A stretch of 64,000 bases of DNA. It comes from Anolis carolinensis. Taxonomy: Eukaryota. This document shows, piece after piece, positions 24,357 through 37,947 of this stretch. How positions within the stretch are numbered: the stretch's first letter is position 1; every line of letters starts with the position of its first letter. A model generated the notes under the pieces. It made no database searches, was not told the DNA's origin, and saw only the letters and a program-made list of their open reading frames with translations. The stretch covers positions 20,075,190 to 20,139,189 of the forward strand of contig NC_085846.1 of assembly GCF_035594765.1 (NCBI RefSeq), given 5' to 3'. The position numbers were made by a program, and so were the translations under genes.

Positions 24357-27300
24357 AGACCAGGCTAGCCCAGTGGAGAAGGGTGAAGATGGTACCACCA
24401 ATTCAAAATCTTGCCGTAGTGGTTGAGGGACCAAAATCATTCGTCATCAAGACAATACCTTGTTCTCGGTAGGGAGAAAACAAGGCCAGAGCAACACAGA
24501 AAAAGCTACCACTTTCAGAAAATAAAGCAAGTTGCCCCCAATAAGCACAGAATACCTCAGGGACTCTCACCCTCCTTTACTCATAGCAATGTTGCCTTTC
24601 TAGTCCTATCTTCAAACTCTAGATCAGAAATCCATAGATTTGGTTTTAGGCTCTTCTAGTTGGCCTTCTTATCTTGGAAATAAAGGAGCCACAGAGTCAC
24701 ATGTACTGGGCCCTAAAACCTTGATATTTCTTCTCACCTTTTCTTGAACTGACCAAATAGAGTTCACTTAGAATGGCCTTTGAATGAATGGGTTGGAAAC
24801 GAGTTGCCTTACTTTCCACAACAGCACTGCTCAAATTTACAAAATGCGTATTTCTTATTGTCGCCCATGGTGTCCTGTCATTCAAAGTCTGCTTGGCATG
24901 GACAAGCAATTGATGCTGCTGTGATTTTATCACTACTTGCCTATGCACTTGTCTATATGCTGTTGTACTACTGACTCAGTTTGTATATTTGTAAATAAAG
25001 ATGTTGAGTTTAAGTAAAATTAGGTGTTCTAATCCTTGGCTGGAACACTGTACTACTTCAGAAATTAATCCATCTGTTCCATTTTTTCCCTCACACTCAT
25101 TACAAAAATCACAGAGTCTTTCCATTAAATTTAAAATGAAATGTAGGAATTTTCTGATAAAAAAAATAATGGAACAAAATTCTCAGTTTTTTATCTGATC
25201 AAGCTATGATTGTTGGCCCTTCATGTCTATGCATTCTCCATATGCTGATTCCAATATCCATGGATTGAACCTCCACCTAATCTTCAAAAAACCTGTAAAT
25301 TTTGCCATTTTTAGTAATTGACACCATTTCACTATGCTGTGGTATATAATGGGACTTGCTCATTCATGGGTTTTGGCATTGATGGCATGTCTTGGAACTA
25401 AACCTCTATAGATACTAAGGGCCCACTGTATTTAAAACATGCTTCCTTATTCTAGACTTCTTTTTAAACAACACACAGTGTGTCCTGCTCTACCACTTCT
25501 TCTAATTTATACTAGGGTAGAACTCAGAATAAATATCTCTTGCCTACAATCTGAAATACTAGTTTACTCCATCCATTTACAATTCTGTCGTCACATTGTG
25601 CTGCAAGTATAGAGCCATTCCATTCCCCTTCTCACGAAGCATGATATATCTGGCATCATCCTTAGCTGCACAAAATGCACCATTCAGATAAAAAAAACAC
25701 ACAAGGATAATAAAAGAAATGCCCTCACCCTGAGATTTCTTTTATTTGTCTTGAGGACTAGAAGAAAAGGTTCTGGGTCCTGATATCTGGCAGTCATAGC
25801 AAAAAACTCTCCCAGAAAAAGAGCTTGGGAAATTGACTTTTGGGGATGACAACTTCTACAGCCAGAATTTTCCAAGCTCTTCCATAATCAATGCAAACCA
25901 AATAAGTCACAAAGCAGAGTAAGTGCCTTTGATCCAAAATGGTTGCTCTGAAGAGGGGGTGCTTCTTTATACATCACACTTGTCCCACACCCTGAATGAT
26001 TTTTAACTTCTCGAGTCTTATCCAGCATGGAGCTCTTCAATCTATGAAACACAGACATCCAAGAACAGCTGTAACCGGAAACGATTAACAAGCGGCCAGT
26101 TTGGCTGGGTCTGGTGCATCCTCTCACGCACTAACTGCTAAATATAACTCAATGCTGAAGATGGCCACAGCAGATGGGTGGGAGAAAAATATAGTCCTCT
26201 TTTTTGATTAACTTAAGGAGAGAGATCAAACCATGGGGTCACAGACTTGAAAAGCTTGTTTGGAATTTGTGGACTTATCTACACTTAAGACCAGTGTACA
26301 TAGATTTCCAAGTACTAAAGTAGCTTGAAATCAATTATCTCAGAAGGGAGGAGAAGAGAGGGCAACATTCTGCTCTTCCCAAGAGGCTCAGGCAAAATCA
26401 AACTGCTGCAGCCTTTTCTAGTTTGTGTGTTATTCCTCATGAACAACTTCGGCCATATTCACTGCACTCTGATGTTGCTTGGTCACGTGTCTCTCTGTTT
26501 CATCTGTGATGTTGGAGCACATGCAAATTTATCTTCTACTTATGGGGCTCTACACTAGAGAAAGAAGAGGTTATGTCTCTTGAAGCTGGGACTATATTTT
26601 GTAAATGAAAATCCCTAAGAAATTGAAGCAATAAGAAATTTAACCTAAGCAATTGAAGTTATCCAATATTGGCTTTCTTCACTTAATTCTGTAGCTACAT
26701 TGGTTTCTAGAACTGTCAGTAGGAGTGCTAAGCATCTCTGCTTTCCTATGGACAGCAGACTGAAGAGAATAGAAACACTTCTGAGTTTTGTTAATGGAGA
26801 ATCAATGTTTGTATAATGGGCCTTCAGTGTCCTCTGAGGTTTGATTCCAAGACTTCTTGTAGATACCAACATTCATGGATGCTCAAATCCCATTATATAG
26901 AAGGAAGTAGTAAAATGGTGTCCCTCATATAAAATGGCAAACTGCTTCTTCAAAGATTTGCTTTTCGAATTTTTCAAAAATATTTTCAAGCTGTTGATGG
27001 TGGAATTTGTGAATAAGCAGGTTCAACTGCACAGTTTTGTCTTGCTTGCTTGCTGCAAATGAAAGGGAGGAAATCACCATTCTTTTTTATAACCAGACTA
27101 GTTGCTGCTTTTTCCTTTTTCATCAAAAGTATCTCATAATGACATTAACAGCAGTTTGGTACAGTATTGGCATATATAATGAAGAGTCGAATGCAAAGAA
27201 ACAGTGACTATTTATAAGGAAATCTACTGCAGACAATTGCATCCTGCAGCAGAAAAGGTAAAAAAACCTCATCACCTTTTCACATCTCGTGTCCATCCAT

Positions 27301-27714
27301 CATCAGTGTCACTGCTTTTGCTTCAGGTGCCTTACAAAGCATCCCTGTATATTTCCAGCTGGTAGCTTCTGGGAAGCAAATTATGTGCGGGAGACATTAA
27401 ACTGTCAGCCCCTGTGGTGAAATAGTGGAGCTGGCAGGGCTTGGAGAGTTTAAAACAGAGTAAACTAAGTAAAGTTGATACCATCATCTGGAGGCTAGTT
27501 TCAAATAAGCCTGGATAGTTTTTCTGCCACCTGGACCATGAATGTGTTCCTCCCATCTCCCCGCACACTGACCTCAGCTTTAGTTTAAAATAGATTAACA
27601 TATGCCATCGATTAATAGCTTCTAAAGAAGGGTCTCTATGGGAAAGTAACTTCACATGTTGGGCCACTGATCTTCAACAGGTATGCCAGAATGCACTTAG
27701 TTTTGCTGGATAGT

Positions 27715-28575
27715 ATTCTCAACAAATTTGCAGACTATAATTTGGGGGGGGGGGGGGGGTTGAGAGAAGAGAAGCAGGAGGGACTTAATATCCTAGAGGT
27801 CAGGATCAGGATTCAAAGTGACCTTGACATATTGGAAAGTAGCAAAACAAATTTAAACATAAAAGATGTGCCATCTAAGAGGGAAAATATATACAACTAT
27901 AGAATAGGTAACACCTACCTTGAAAGTAGTATATGTGAAACAGATATAGGGATTTAGGCAGGCTACAAGAGATAACAATGTGATCTGGTGACCACAAAAA
28001 AAGTAAATGCAATTCTAGGCTGCATCAACAGAAGCAATTTCCAGATCAACGTTGCATTTTGTTCTGCTTTGGTCAGACCTCACCTGGAATACTATGTCCA
28101 GTTCTGGACACCAGAATATTGATAAACTACCATGTGTATGGAGAAGGAAAACAAAAATGATCAGAGATTTGAAAACCATGCCTTATGTAGTTCAACTTAG
28201 GGACTGGGTATGTCTAGCTTGGAGACTATGAGATGGCATGATACCTATCTTTAAATACCTGAAAGGATGCCATACATAAAATGGGGTGTGGTTTGTTTTC
28301 TGCTGCTCTGGAGATTGGAACACAAATCAGTAGATTCAGATGATAAGAAACAAGACTCCATTTAAAGATTTAGAAAGACTTCTATACAGTAAAAAGTTTT
28401 TGATAGTGGAATAAACTGCCTGAAATACTGGTTGCGTTTCTTTCTTTGGAAGTCTTTAAACAGAGCATGTTTGTGGAGTGCTTAAACTGTGTATTCCTGC
28501 ATGGTAAAAGGAGAAAGTTTGGAATAGATGGCCCTTCCGTTCCCTTGCAATTATAACAATCCATGATTCTGTGAA
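27715..28575 (+). mobile_element. CR1 LINE 3' fragment (decayed)
   Basis: KFAD..., RIRIQSDLD and 'gtcagacctcacctggaatactatgtccagttctgg' ([11 protein letters not shown]-like); ccatgattct tail. Confidence 0.85.
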
Positions 28576-31500
28576 TTCTGACACTATAATTGGGGTCCAT
28601 GATATAAACAAAAGAATTTTCACAATAAATTTACTATTACATACTTTTTTTGTGAAGGTAAGCAGTTTGATTCAAATTAGATCTAATCCATTCTGGATTA
28701 GTCAGATAATATGTAAGGTTCTACTCATTTGTTGAAGGATTTAGAATTGCCATTTCTTGAGCTAGTACTGTTACTGTAAATAAATCGCATTTCATTTAAG
28801 AATTCACTCAAATTAGAACTATATGATTCACTTATCATAACAGTACTATGTGCTTGATCCAGAATGGATTGTATCTCATTTTTTTTTAATCCCTGCCAGA
28901 TTTACTATGGCTCCAACACTGTATTATGAGCAATCTGAAGAATGACAGGTTGGGAAACTTCTGGATTTTTCCCCCCAAAAGAGACCATGACAGACATTGG
29001 AAAATAGTACATAAGGGATACTAGGAAACTTGTAAAAACAACTGTCTTGTAAACAGCTCTTTTGACTTAGCAGCAAAACTTATTTCAATTAATGTAGAGA
29101 AGCCGACTTGCAAAATACTTCCTTCAATTTAATAAGCTGTTTTGGGGGCTATAAAATATTGTGTGAATGATGAAATAAAAAGATGTTATGAAACAGAGTA
29201 AGGTGGATTTACCACTTAATTTGTTACCTAGATATTAGAAAACAATTATGTTTGTCTCGTTACAAACATGAAACTATCTGTGATGACAACTAAAGATAGA
29301 GATATAGAGATGCGCAGGGTCACAGGTATATATAGAGATGTGTAGGGTCACAAACATAATTGTAAGGCCGAGGAGCACAAGATCTCTGCTCACCACTAGG
29401 CAAGAAGCTGGGGTTGATCTGATACTGAGGGCAGCACCCTAGACTTCACAAGAGTTGACCGTTTTATCACTAACAGCCAAGGAGAGAGTCTTGTTACTGC
29501 CAAAGGATTTGTTTTCTTGGATCCTCGCAAAGTGCAGTTCGTGGTTTGGAGTCAAAACATTAAATTTTGTTAAGAGAGCACTGGATGTACTTTGCTGCTT
29601 GTCAGTCTTCCTGACCTTTGGGCAGGTGCTGGTAGCTCTAATCCTTTGCCACTCTAAAAAGTTGCTTGAAAACTGATAGCTCAGGTGTGAAGATCTAAAG
29701 GGGGACGAAGACTTAGCCAAGGTGCTTATCTGAACTGTTGTGACAGGGCCACATTGGAAATGCTGTTCCTAGATTAATGTACTGTTTGCACAGCTCAGTT
29801 TTTATTCTTAGCTAACAATAGCCAAAGTCCACAAATAGCTAGCTGTAGGCCGTTGGGATTGGGAATGGGGGAATGATTCTATGCACCCAACTGCTCAACT
29901 TGGTTTTGATGCTATGACCTTGCTTAGCTTACACCACAGGGAAGAAGGATAGAAGGGGAAAATGTCATGATCACCTACCTTTGCCATCTTTTTTCAGCAA
30001 GTGCATATAATGTCCCTAAATCTGACCACCTTCTACTCCAACTTGTAGGTGGGTTGTTGTGTTTGCTTAGTGTCAGGGCATCAGTCAATTGATGAGTTAA
30101 ATGTTTTCAGCTGGCCGATCAAGTGACACTGTTTGACAACGACAAGAGATTATTTAATCACCCAAATACTGTCAACAAGTTCCATGATGTTGTGATGTTG
30201 GGTAAATGGCAGCTGGCCATTTTTAGTGCACCCTGCAGTCATCTGATAGCTGTGTCAAGACTGAGGATTGCTGGCTCTATGGCTTTCCTAAAGTCACAAA
30301 CTTAGGAACAAGTATCATGAGAGTCAATGTGGTATAGTAGTTTGAGTTTTGGATTGGGATACTTGGAAATCAGGGTTTAAAACATTACTCGGCTGTGGGG
30401 ACCTAGTGGAGAACCTTGGGCACATCATACTCTTCCAGCCTCAGAGGAAGGCAATGGCAAACTGACTCTAGACAACATCTGCCAAGAAAACTCCATGCTA
30501 GGGTCGCCTTAAGTTTGCCATAAGTCAGAAAAGGAGCTCATCCTTGTTAGGCAGAAAACAGTTTCTATCTTGCTTGCTAGGACATCACATGGGTGACAAT
30601 CTGAGGCATTGTTGAGAGGATGACATCCCAATAGAAAGCTACATCTAAATGTTTGGGCATACAATTGAATCATCATGCCTACTGGACTATCATACTTTCC
30701 TCTGTACAAAATGTGCCAAAAGCTTTATCTGAATAGTCAAGTATCCTGCAATCTTAGCCCCAATTAGTCTGTACCAGCCAGCTTTGCAGCTGACGCTAAG
30801 AGCTTTACAGAGGGCATGCAAGATTTGAAGTCCTCTATTCACTCTCCAGTAAACATCCACACATTATCACTCATTTTCCAATAGACGATTATTGTTGTTG
30901 GCTTGGTGTGAAAGTAAACTTATGTAGGCCAGTGCGTCAGAGGCTTCAGAGAGTTTTTAACAATGCCGCTCTAGAGCCTTCAAGAGTTAGTCATAATTTT
31001 ATTGTAACTAACAAGCAGCTATTATTTTACAAACACAACTTTTGATCTTTACACACAAATATAAGGCAAAAGCCAAGTGTTATCAGTTCTTTAAAAAGTG
31101 TCATATTTGTTATGTTCACTCAGTATAAAGCAGTTTTCCCAGGGCATGGGGAAACAAAACAGTCCATAGAGCTAAATTTGAAAGAAAGTTATATAAAGTA
31201 AGGGTTATTTCTATAATTTTTACATTTAAAAAGCATGTTTAAAATACATTGCTATTAAATGCAGAGTACATATCCACACTATGTAAGTATAAGGAGCTAA
31301 GCTTCCAGGACATCTTGAGACACATCTTCTCACCCCATCATCTTGGGGATGTATTTTTATTACTGATTTAATACCACTCCAGCCCCAACATGATCTGTTT
31401 ATTCTCAGCCCATTTACAATGACCCAACCCTTTCTATGTTTAGAAAAGGGTGGCTGTCTTACTAAGAGCTGGGCTCTGATGGAAGGTAAATAACGACAAA

Positions 31501-33054
31501 AATAAGGGGGTGAAGTTAGCATCTCTTTTTATTGGCTGTTACTAAGGCCACACGTTATAAGCATAGTCAACCATAACATTTACTTTTAACCTTGCATTAA
31601 ATATTTTCACAGGTTCTATTTAGTGCCTGGTGGTTGGATTCTACAATCTAACATCACATTGGGAGTATTATGAGAAGGGTGAATAATTATCAACCAAGAT
31701 GTGTTAACATCAATTTAACCAATGCCAGGTGGGCAACATTGAAAAGCAGTGATTTTTTGTTGTTCTCCTACAAAACAGAAAGTAAGTCCTGTCTCTTGGG
31801 CTATCTGGAACTGAAGTTGTGTTGTGACTCCCCTGCTGGCACTTCAGGAGAACAGCCAAAGGACTGTTGTGTAACAGCAAAAGTGTTTGTGTAATCTCTT
31901 GTCAACAATGCAGAGAATTTGCTCTCACACCCAGAGTCCATGGCACGATGGACCCTCTCCAGCAAACTAGAAGCTCAGGCTGGCCCCTAAGATGCCATTC
32001 AGCTGTTCGGACAACTCAACAGGTCATCCAGGTCCTCTCTCTCCTCCACAGCAGAAACAACACACACATACAAATAAACATGGTGTTTTTTTTAAAAGGC
32101 TTCCTTGACCTAGAAAGGAAGATACTGTGTTGAATCATGTTGATCAGAATGAATGCAAAATAAAAATATTAGAAGTGACAAAAAAGGCTATTTAGTACAT
32201 TCCACCTGCTCAGTAATAGTGCCCTCTATCTATCCACTCTATCCAACCTATACAATACTTATCAATCAAAAGCTACAAACAAAGGCCTCAAGGAAGGTTA
32301 CTCAAAGAGCAAAGCGACAGAAATGAACTGAATTTGCTGCCACAAACATTAAAACTTTTGGTAGTGTGATACTATCACTAAAAGCTCATATCATTATCTG
32401 TAATATATTTCAGCGCCAGCTTAAGGTTCTGTTCTTGAGCTTAATATTCTGAATGAATACACTGACATCTCACCAGGTCATTTGCCTTCCTTTCAGCTGT
32501 CAAATATTCAAATAATTTAGTTCATCATCTACTTGCCTACTAATCAGAGAGTAAGAATGTCGCCATGCCTTAGTCTCATTCAGGCTGGACTGTAGCAATA
32601 TACTCCAGATGGAGGTGCTTTTGGGGAAGACAAGGTTTAGAAACAACATGCTAAAGGATACAAGGGACATATTGCTCCAGTCCACTTCACTAACTTCTTT
32701 GAATTTGAGTCCAAAAGTTTGCTAGGTTTTATTTTCAGTGCCCTGAACATTACAAGATTTGGATTATTCCTGTCCACTTTGTTACAGAAGTAATGTCCAG
32801 GAATACATTTACTTTGTTAACTAATGTATATCTGGAATTCCAAACATACCAAACAGCCTGCAAATTAAATGCAGCCCCTTTGCCATTTTACCCATTTTTG
32901 TAATCAACCAAGATGCTCCAAGTGCATTTTATCGGACTTTTTATTTAGCTGAAGATTCTCACCTAATTTTGGTAGAATGAGTGAACAAAACTGAGTGCTC
33001 TTCCCAAATGAATAAAGGATATTGTATAGTTTATCTACATTGTTTGTTCTACAC

Positions 33055-33189
33055 CAGTGGTTCTCAACCTGTGGGTCTCCAGGTGTTTTGGCCTATAACT
33101 CTCACAAATCCCAGCCAGTTTACCAGCTATTAGGATTTCTGGGAGTTGAAGGCCAAAACATCTGGGGACCCACAGGTTGAGAACCACTG
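33055..33189. mobile_element. hAT (Charlie-like) MITE, same family as 8362-8496
   Basis: TIR CAGTGGTTCTCAACCTGTGGG; TSD ttctacac / ctctacac. Confidence 0.88.
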
Positions 33190-33768
33190 CTCTACACTTT
33201 TAGCTCAATGGTATCCTAGGAATGGTAGTTTTACAAAGCCTTTAGTAGTCTCTGCCAAATAGGGCTGGACCTTACCAAACTACAATTTCTAGGATTCTGG
33301 CAGGTAAGGTGGTTCCAGATTTCATTAATTCTACTGTGTAAATGCACCCTTAGCCAACCATGACTTCATGAAACATAACAGTTTTTCTCTGAGTTACTGT
33401 GTATGGTTCTGATTGACATATTGTTAATGTCCTTATTAACCAGTGTGTTTGGAAGAAATAGGACATGTGAGTTCTGGAAACGAAATCCTGTGCCAAACAG
33501 ATAGATATGTTTAGCCTTGGAGAAATTTAAAGGGAGACATGATAGCTCTCTTTTATAAATAGAAATCTATCGGTCTCATCCTTCTAGTCCCCATGTGACA
33601 CTCAAGATTGGATCACCGCAATTTAAAATAACAATAAAAGCGAGAACAAAACGCGTAAGAACAAAAGAAGGGACTACAGATAAAACAGCATCTATTTTTA
33701 AACTTAACTACAGGTAAAATCCCACAAATATAGAAATGTTATCATCAAATGAAAATATGATACTGACA

Positions 33769-34356
33769 AGGTGTACCTTCTCTGCCTGTAGGTGTACCTT
33801 CTCTGCCTGTAGGTGTACCTTCTCTGGCACTAGGTGTACCTTCTCTGCCATTAGGTGTACCTTCTATGGCATTAGGTGTACCTTCTTTGCCACTAGGTGT
33901 ACCTTCAGTGCCACTAGGTGTACCTTCAGTGCCACTAGGTGTACCTTCACTGCCACTAGGTGTACCTTCACTGCCACTAGGTGTACCTTCTCTGCCATTA
34001 GGTGTACCTTCTCTGCCACTAGGTGTACCTTCTCTGCCATTAGGTGTACCTTCTCTGCCACTAGGTGTACCTTCACTGGCACTAGGTGTACCTTCACTGG
34101 CACTAGGTGTACCTTCTCTGCCACTAGGTGTACCTTCTCTGCCACTAGGTGTACCTTCTCTGCCATTAGGTGTACCTTCTCTGCCACTAGGTGTACCTTC
34201 TCTGTCACTAGATGTACCTTCTCTGCCACTAGGTGTACCTTCTCTGCTACTAGGTGTACCTTCTCTGCCACTAGGTGTACCTTCTCTGCCATTAGGTGTA
34301 GCTTCTCTACCATTAGGTGTACCTTCTATGCTATTAGGTGTACCTTCTCTGCCACT
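33769..34356. repeat. Minisatellite, 28 x 21 bp, consensus AGGTGTACCTTCTCTGCCACT
   Basis: Directly visible; 588 bp/21 = 28 units, with substitution variants only and constant phase. Confidence 0.97.
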
Positions 34357-35889
34357 GGGAGTCAGGAAAGGGAGAAGCGAGGTCAAGCATTTAAAGGTTA
34401 TTAAGCAGCCTTGCTTAAGAGGAAAATAATAAGACCAAGAGATGGAAATTGCAATAAAACTGACAATTTTAGTTAGAAATATGAGAAGAAACATCATAAC
34501 TGAAAGAGTTGGCAGTAGACAGAAGGGTCAGGAGGCGATTCAGTTTTCTTGATTGAAGGAATTTAAGCCAATGTTGTTGCAAAATTTGTTGCATTATGCA
34601 CAGATTGGATTAGAGCAGAGCTTCTTAAGCTTTTTCCATTCGTGATCCTTTTCTATCTGAGAATTTTTTACGTGACCTCACATATATAAAATAGGTATAA
34701 AAACCAAATATTTACTGAAAACAGCATTTTGTAAGGCTTGCTAGCCAGGCTGATTTTCCTTCTCATGAAGTACAGCCATAGCAATTTCCGCAAAGTCCAC
34801 CGTAAACACTGCATGTTGTTGCTAACAGATTTACGTAAAATGGTGGCATTTAGAAACCTTTTACTGTTGCCAAATATTTGTGACCGCAACATTCAGCTAA
34901 GGGGATCTCATTTAGAGTCAGGGCCCACAGTTTAAGAAATGTATTAGACAATTTCCACAATGCCTTCTAACTCTAGAATTCTGCAATTCAACAAACAATA
35001 GCTTATGTGTGAAAAGAAGGGTTATGGAGTTGTTTTTCTCTTAAGATGTATATGCAAGTTGTCAAAGCAGTATATCTGTTTCACACTAGTATTTTTAAAA
35101 TCAGATTTGTGTGTATTTTAATACCTACAGACTTCGTATGGTCTTTCTGCCAACACACATTTGTTTTTCATTTTATTTCTGTAACACTGACCAACACACA
35201 GTTTAGTATCTCACATGTTATAACAGTTTCTGGATATATTTCATGAATAATAATATTATTAATAATAAACTTTATTTATATCCTGCCCCACCTCCCAAAG
35301 GGACTCTGGGCGACTCACAACATAAATAATACAATAAAAATATAATACAATAAACTACATAGAGTAGGACAAACATAAAGATATTTGACCTGTGGATTCC
35401 AAAAATGGCAGTTTCCCCATTCAGCTCTAGTTTTTGAGACAGAACACATGCCATCTACCAGTTGCCATCAGCTTGCCCATAGAAAAATATAACTATATCT
35501 AAGAAACCAGAACTAATGCTGTCTATCCAATGCAATTTTATGAATGAGTGCTACAAATAACCTCAGAAATATGCCTTAAAACCATGGCACCATGTTTTTT
35601 TTGTTGGGCTGTGCAATACTTCAAAGCTGAAAAGAATGAGAGAAAATCGTCAGTTAAATTAATTTCAATTGGCTATCTTTAAAGTAGGTTTCTTCTCTAT
35701 TTTATTTATGTAGATTTTAAAAATATGTATATGTGTGTATATACATATTTAAAAATTCTATATAGTAAGGAGGAAAACTACTTTAAAGATGTGTGCTTGT
35801 GTGTATGCATATATGTGTGTGTGAAGTATGTATGTATGTGGCAGTGTATGTTTGAGGCAGCTTTCCTATTGCCTCCCACTTTCAGACAC

Positions 35890-36280
35890 CACTGTGACCC
35901 CCACCAATGTCTGATCTGGACCAAACTTGGCATACAGAACCCTCATTACCAACAGAACATGCTGGAGGGATTTGTGTGGGGACTGACACCCGAGTGGGAG
36001 TTGCAGTTCACCCTGCACCCAGAGAGCATTCTGAAGCCCACCAATGATAGAGCTGGACAAAACTTGGCACACAGATGGCCCAACAGAACATACTGGGTTT
36101 GTGGGGGGATTGACCCATCCTGGTGGGAGTTGTATTTCACCTTGCACCCAGAGAGCACTCTGAACCCCACTGATGATGGATCTGGACCAAACTTGGCACA
36201 CAGACCCATCATGGTCAACTTTGAATACTGGCAGGGTTTGGGGTGATTGATTCACAATTTTGGGTACTGTAATTCACCCA
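35890..36280. repeat. ~130-bp imperfect tandem repeat (about 3 units), probably internal to a DNA transposon
   Basis: (GAT)CTGGACCAAACTTGGCACACAG-like at ~35913, ~36049 and ~36179; TGGGAGTTG.A.TTCACC at ~35995, ~36124 and ~36260. Confidence 0.75.
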
Positions 36281-36627
36281 CATCCATACACATTTTGCAG
36301 TTTAATAAACCTTTCCCATGTGTTTATGATAGAACCAATTAGGAAATGAGATTTATAACCCAAAAACAAAAATCATAGTCCAGGAGAGGAGGCATTTCTT
36401 TTCACAAAGAAAACTGGGGAGGGACAATGGGCAGGAACAACTCTCTACAATATGATGGCAAATCAATGGAATAAAATGGATAAAAACCTGAATAAAACAG
36501 GTAGTTTGCTAGTGTGTGATGGAGGTAGGAAAATCATCAATTTAATTTCAAAACGGAGTATGCCTGAACTGTATGGTAATCTACTCTTCCAAACATTTGA
36601 CATGTTGAGTGGGATGTTCAGCTTTAA

Positions 36628-36729
<102 letters not shown>

Positions 36730-36745
36730 TAGTTCAAAAGAAATA

Positions 36746-37068
36746 CAGTAGAGTCTCACTTATCCAACACTCACTTATCTAACATTCTGGATTATCCAAC
36801 ACATTTTTGTAGTCAATGTTTTCAATTTATCATGATATTTTAGTGCTAAATTCGTAAATACAGTAATTACTACGTAGCATTACTGCATATTGAACTACTT
36901 TTTCTGTCAAATTTGTTGTATAACATGATGTTTTGGTGCTTAATTTGTAAAATCATAACCTAATTTAATATTTAATAGGCTTTTCCTTAATCTCTCCTTA
37001 TTATCCAACATATTCGCTTATCCAACATTCTGCCAGCCCGTTTACATTGGATAAGCAAGACTCTACTG
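36746..37068. mobile_element. Tc1/mariner-type MITE (copy 1)
   Basis: TIR CAGTAGAGTCTCACTTATCCAA / TTGGATAAGCAAGACTCTACTG; TA target duplications. Confidence 0.9.
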
Positions 37069-37450
37069 TACTGACAAGCTGGAATGTGTCCAGGGGAGGG
37101 CAACTAAACTGATCATAGGTCTGGAAACCATGCCCTATGAGGAGCCTCTTAAAGAACTGGGTATGCTTAGCCTGCAGAAGTGATTTTTTAAATCGTGTCA
37201 GAAGCAGCTTGTGAACATACTGCAAATTGCTTCTGGTGTGAGAGATTTGGCCGTCTTCAGAGACGTTGCCCGGGGACACCTGGATGTGTTGCTGGAAGGC
37301 TTTTTTCATTTCCCCACAAGCTAGAGCTGACAGGTGGAAGCTCACCCCATCTCATGGATTCGAACCGGCAGCCTTCAGGTCAGCAAACCATTGTGCCACT
37401 GCAGCTCCCAGAAGAGAAGTTTGAGGAGACATGATAGCCATGTATAAATA

Positions 37451-37773
37451 CAGTAGAGTCTCACTTATCCAAGACTCGCTTATCCAAGTTTCTGGATTAT
37501 CCAAGCCATTTTTGTAGTCAATGTTTTCAATATATCGTGATAGTTTGCTGTTAAATTTGTAAATACAGTAATTACAACATAACATTACTGTGTATTGAAC
37601 TGCTTTTTCTGTCAAATTTGTTGTAAAACATGATGTTTTGGTGCTTAATTTGTAAAATCATAACCTGATTTGATGTTTAATAGGCTTTTCCTTAATCCCT
37701 CCTTATTATCCAAGATATTCGCTTATCCAAGCTTCTGCCAGCCCGTTTAGCTTGGATAAGTGAGACTCTACTG
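37451..37773. mobile_element. Tc1/mariner-type MITE (copy 2)
   Basis: Same TIRs as copy 1, TA TSD. Confidence 0.9.
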
Positions 37774-37947
37774 TATGTGAAAGGGGGTCATAAGGAAAAG
37801 TAGCAGGCTTGTTTTCTGCTGCCCTTGAAACTAGGCGCAATGGGCTCAAATTACAGGAAAGGACATTCCACCTGAACATTAGAAAGAACCACCTCAGAGC
37901 TGTTCAACTGTGGAACTCTTTGCCCTGGAGTGAGGTGGAAGGTCCTT

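Noticed and set aside
32560-32660. Possible host exon (HALVSFRLDCSNIL)
   Set aside because: Resembles the L2 ORF2 motif HALVTSRLDYCN; an ancient LINE fragment.
33864-34429. (VAEKVHL)n and (LPLGVPS)n ORFs as coiled-coil or elastin-like proteins
   Set aside because: Further open frames of the same 21-bp repeat, with no unique flanking coding context.
35725-36255. 173-aa and 129-aa ORFs
   Set aside because: They run through a (TG)/(TA)-rich microsatellite and a ~130-bp transposon-like tandem repeat; no domain signal.
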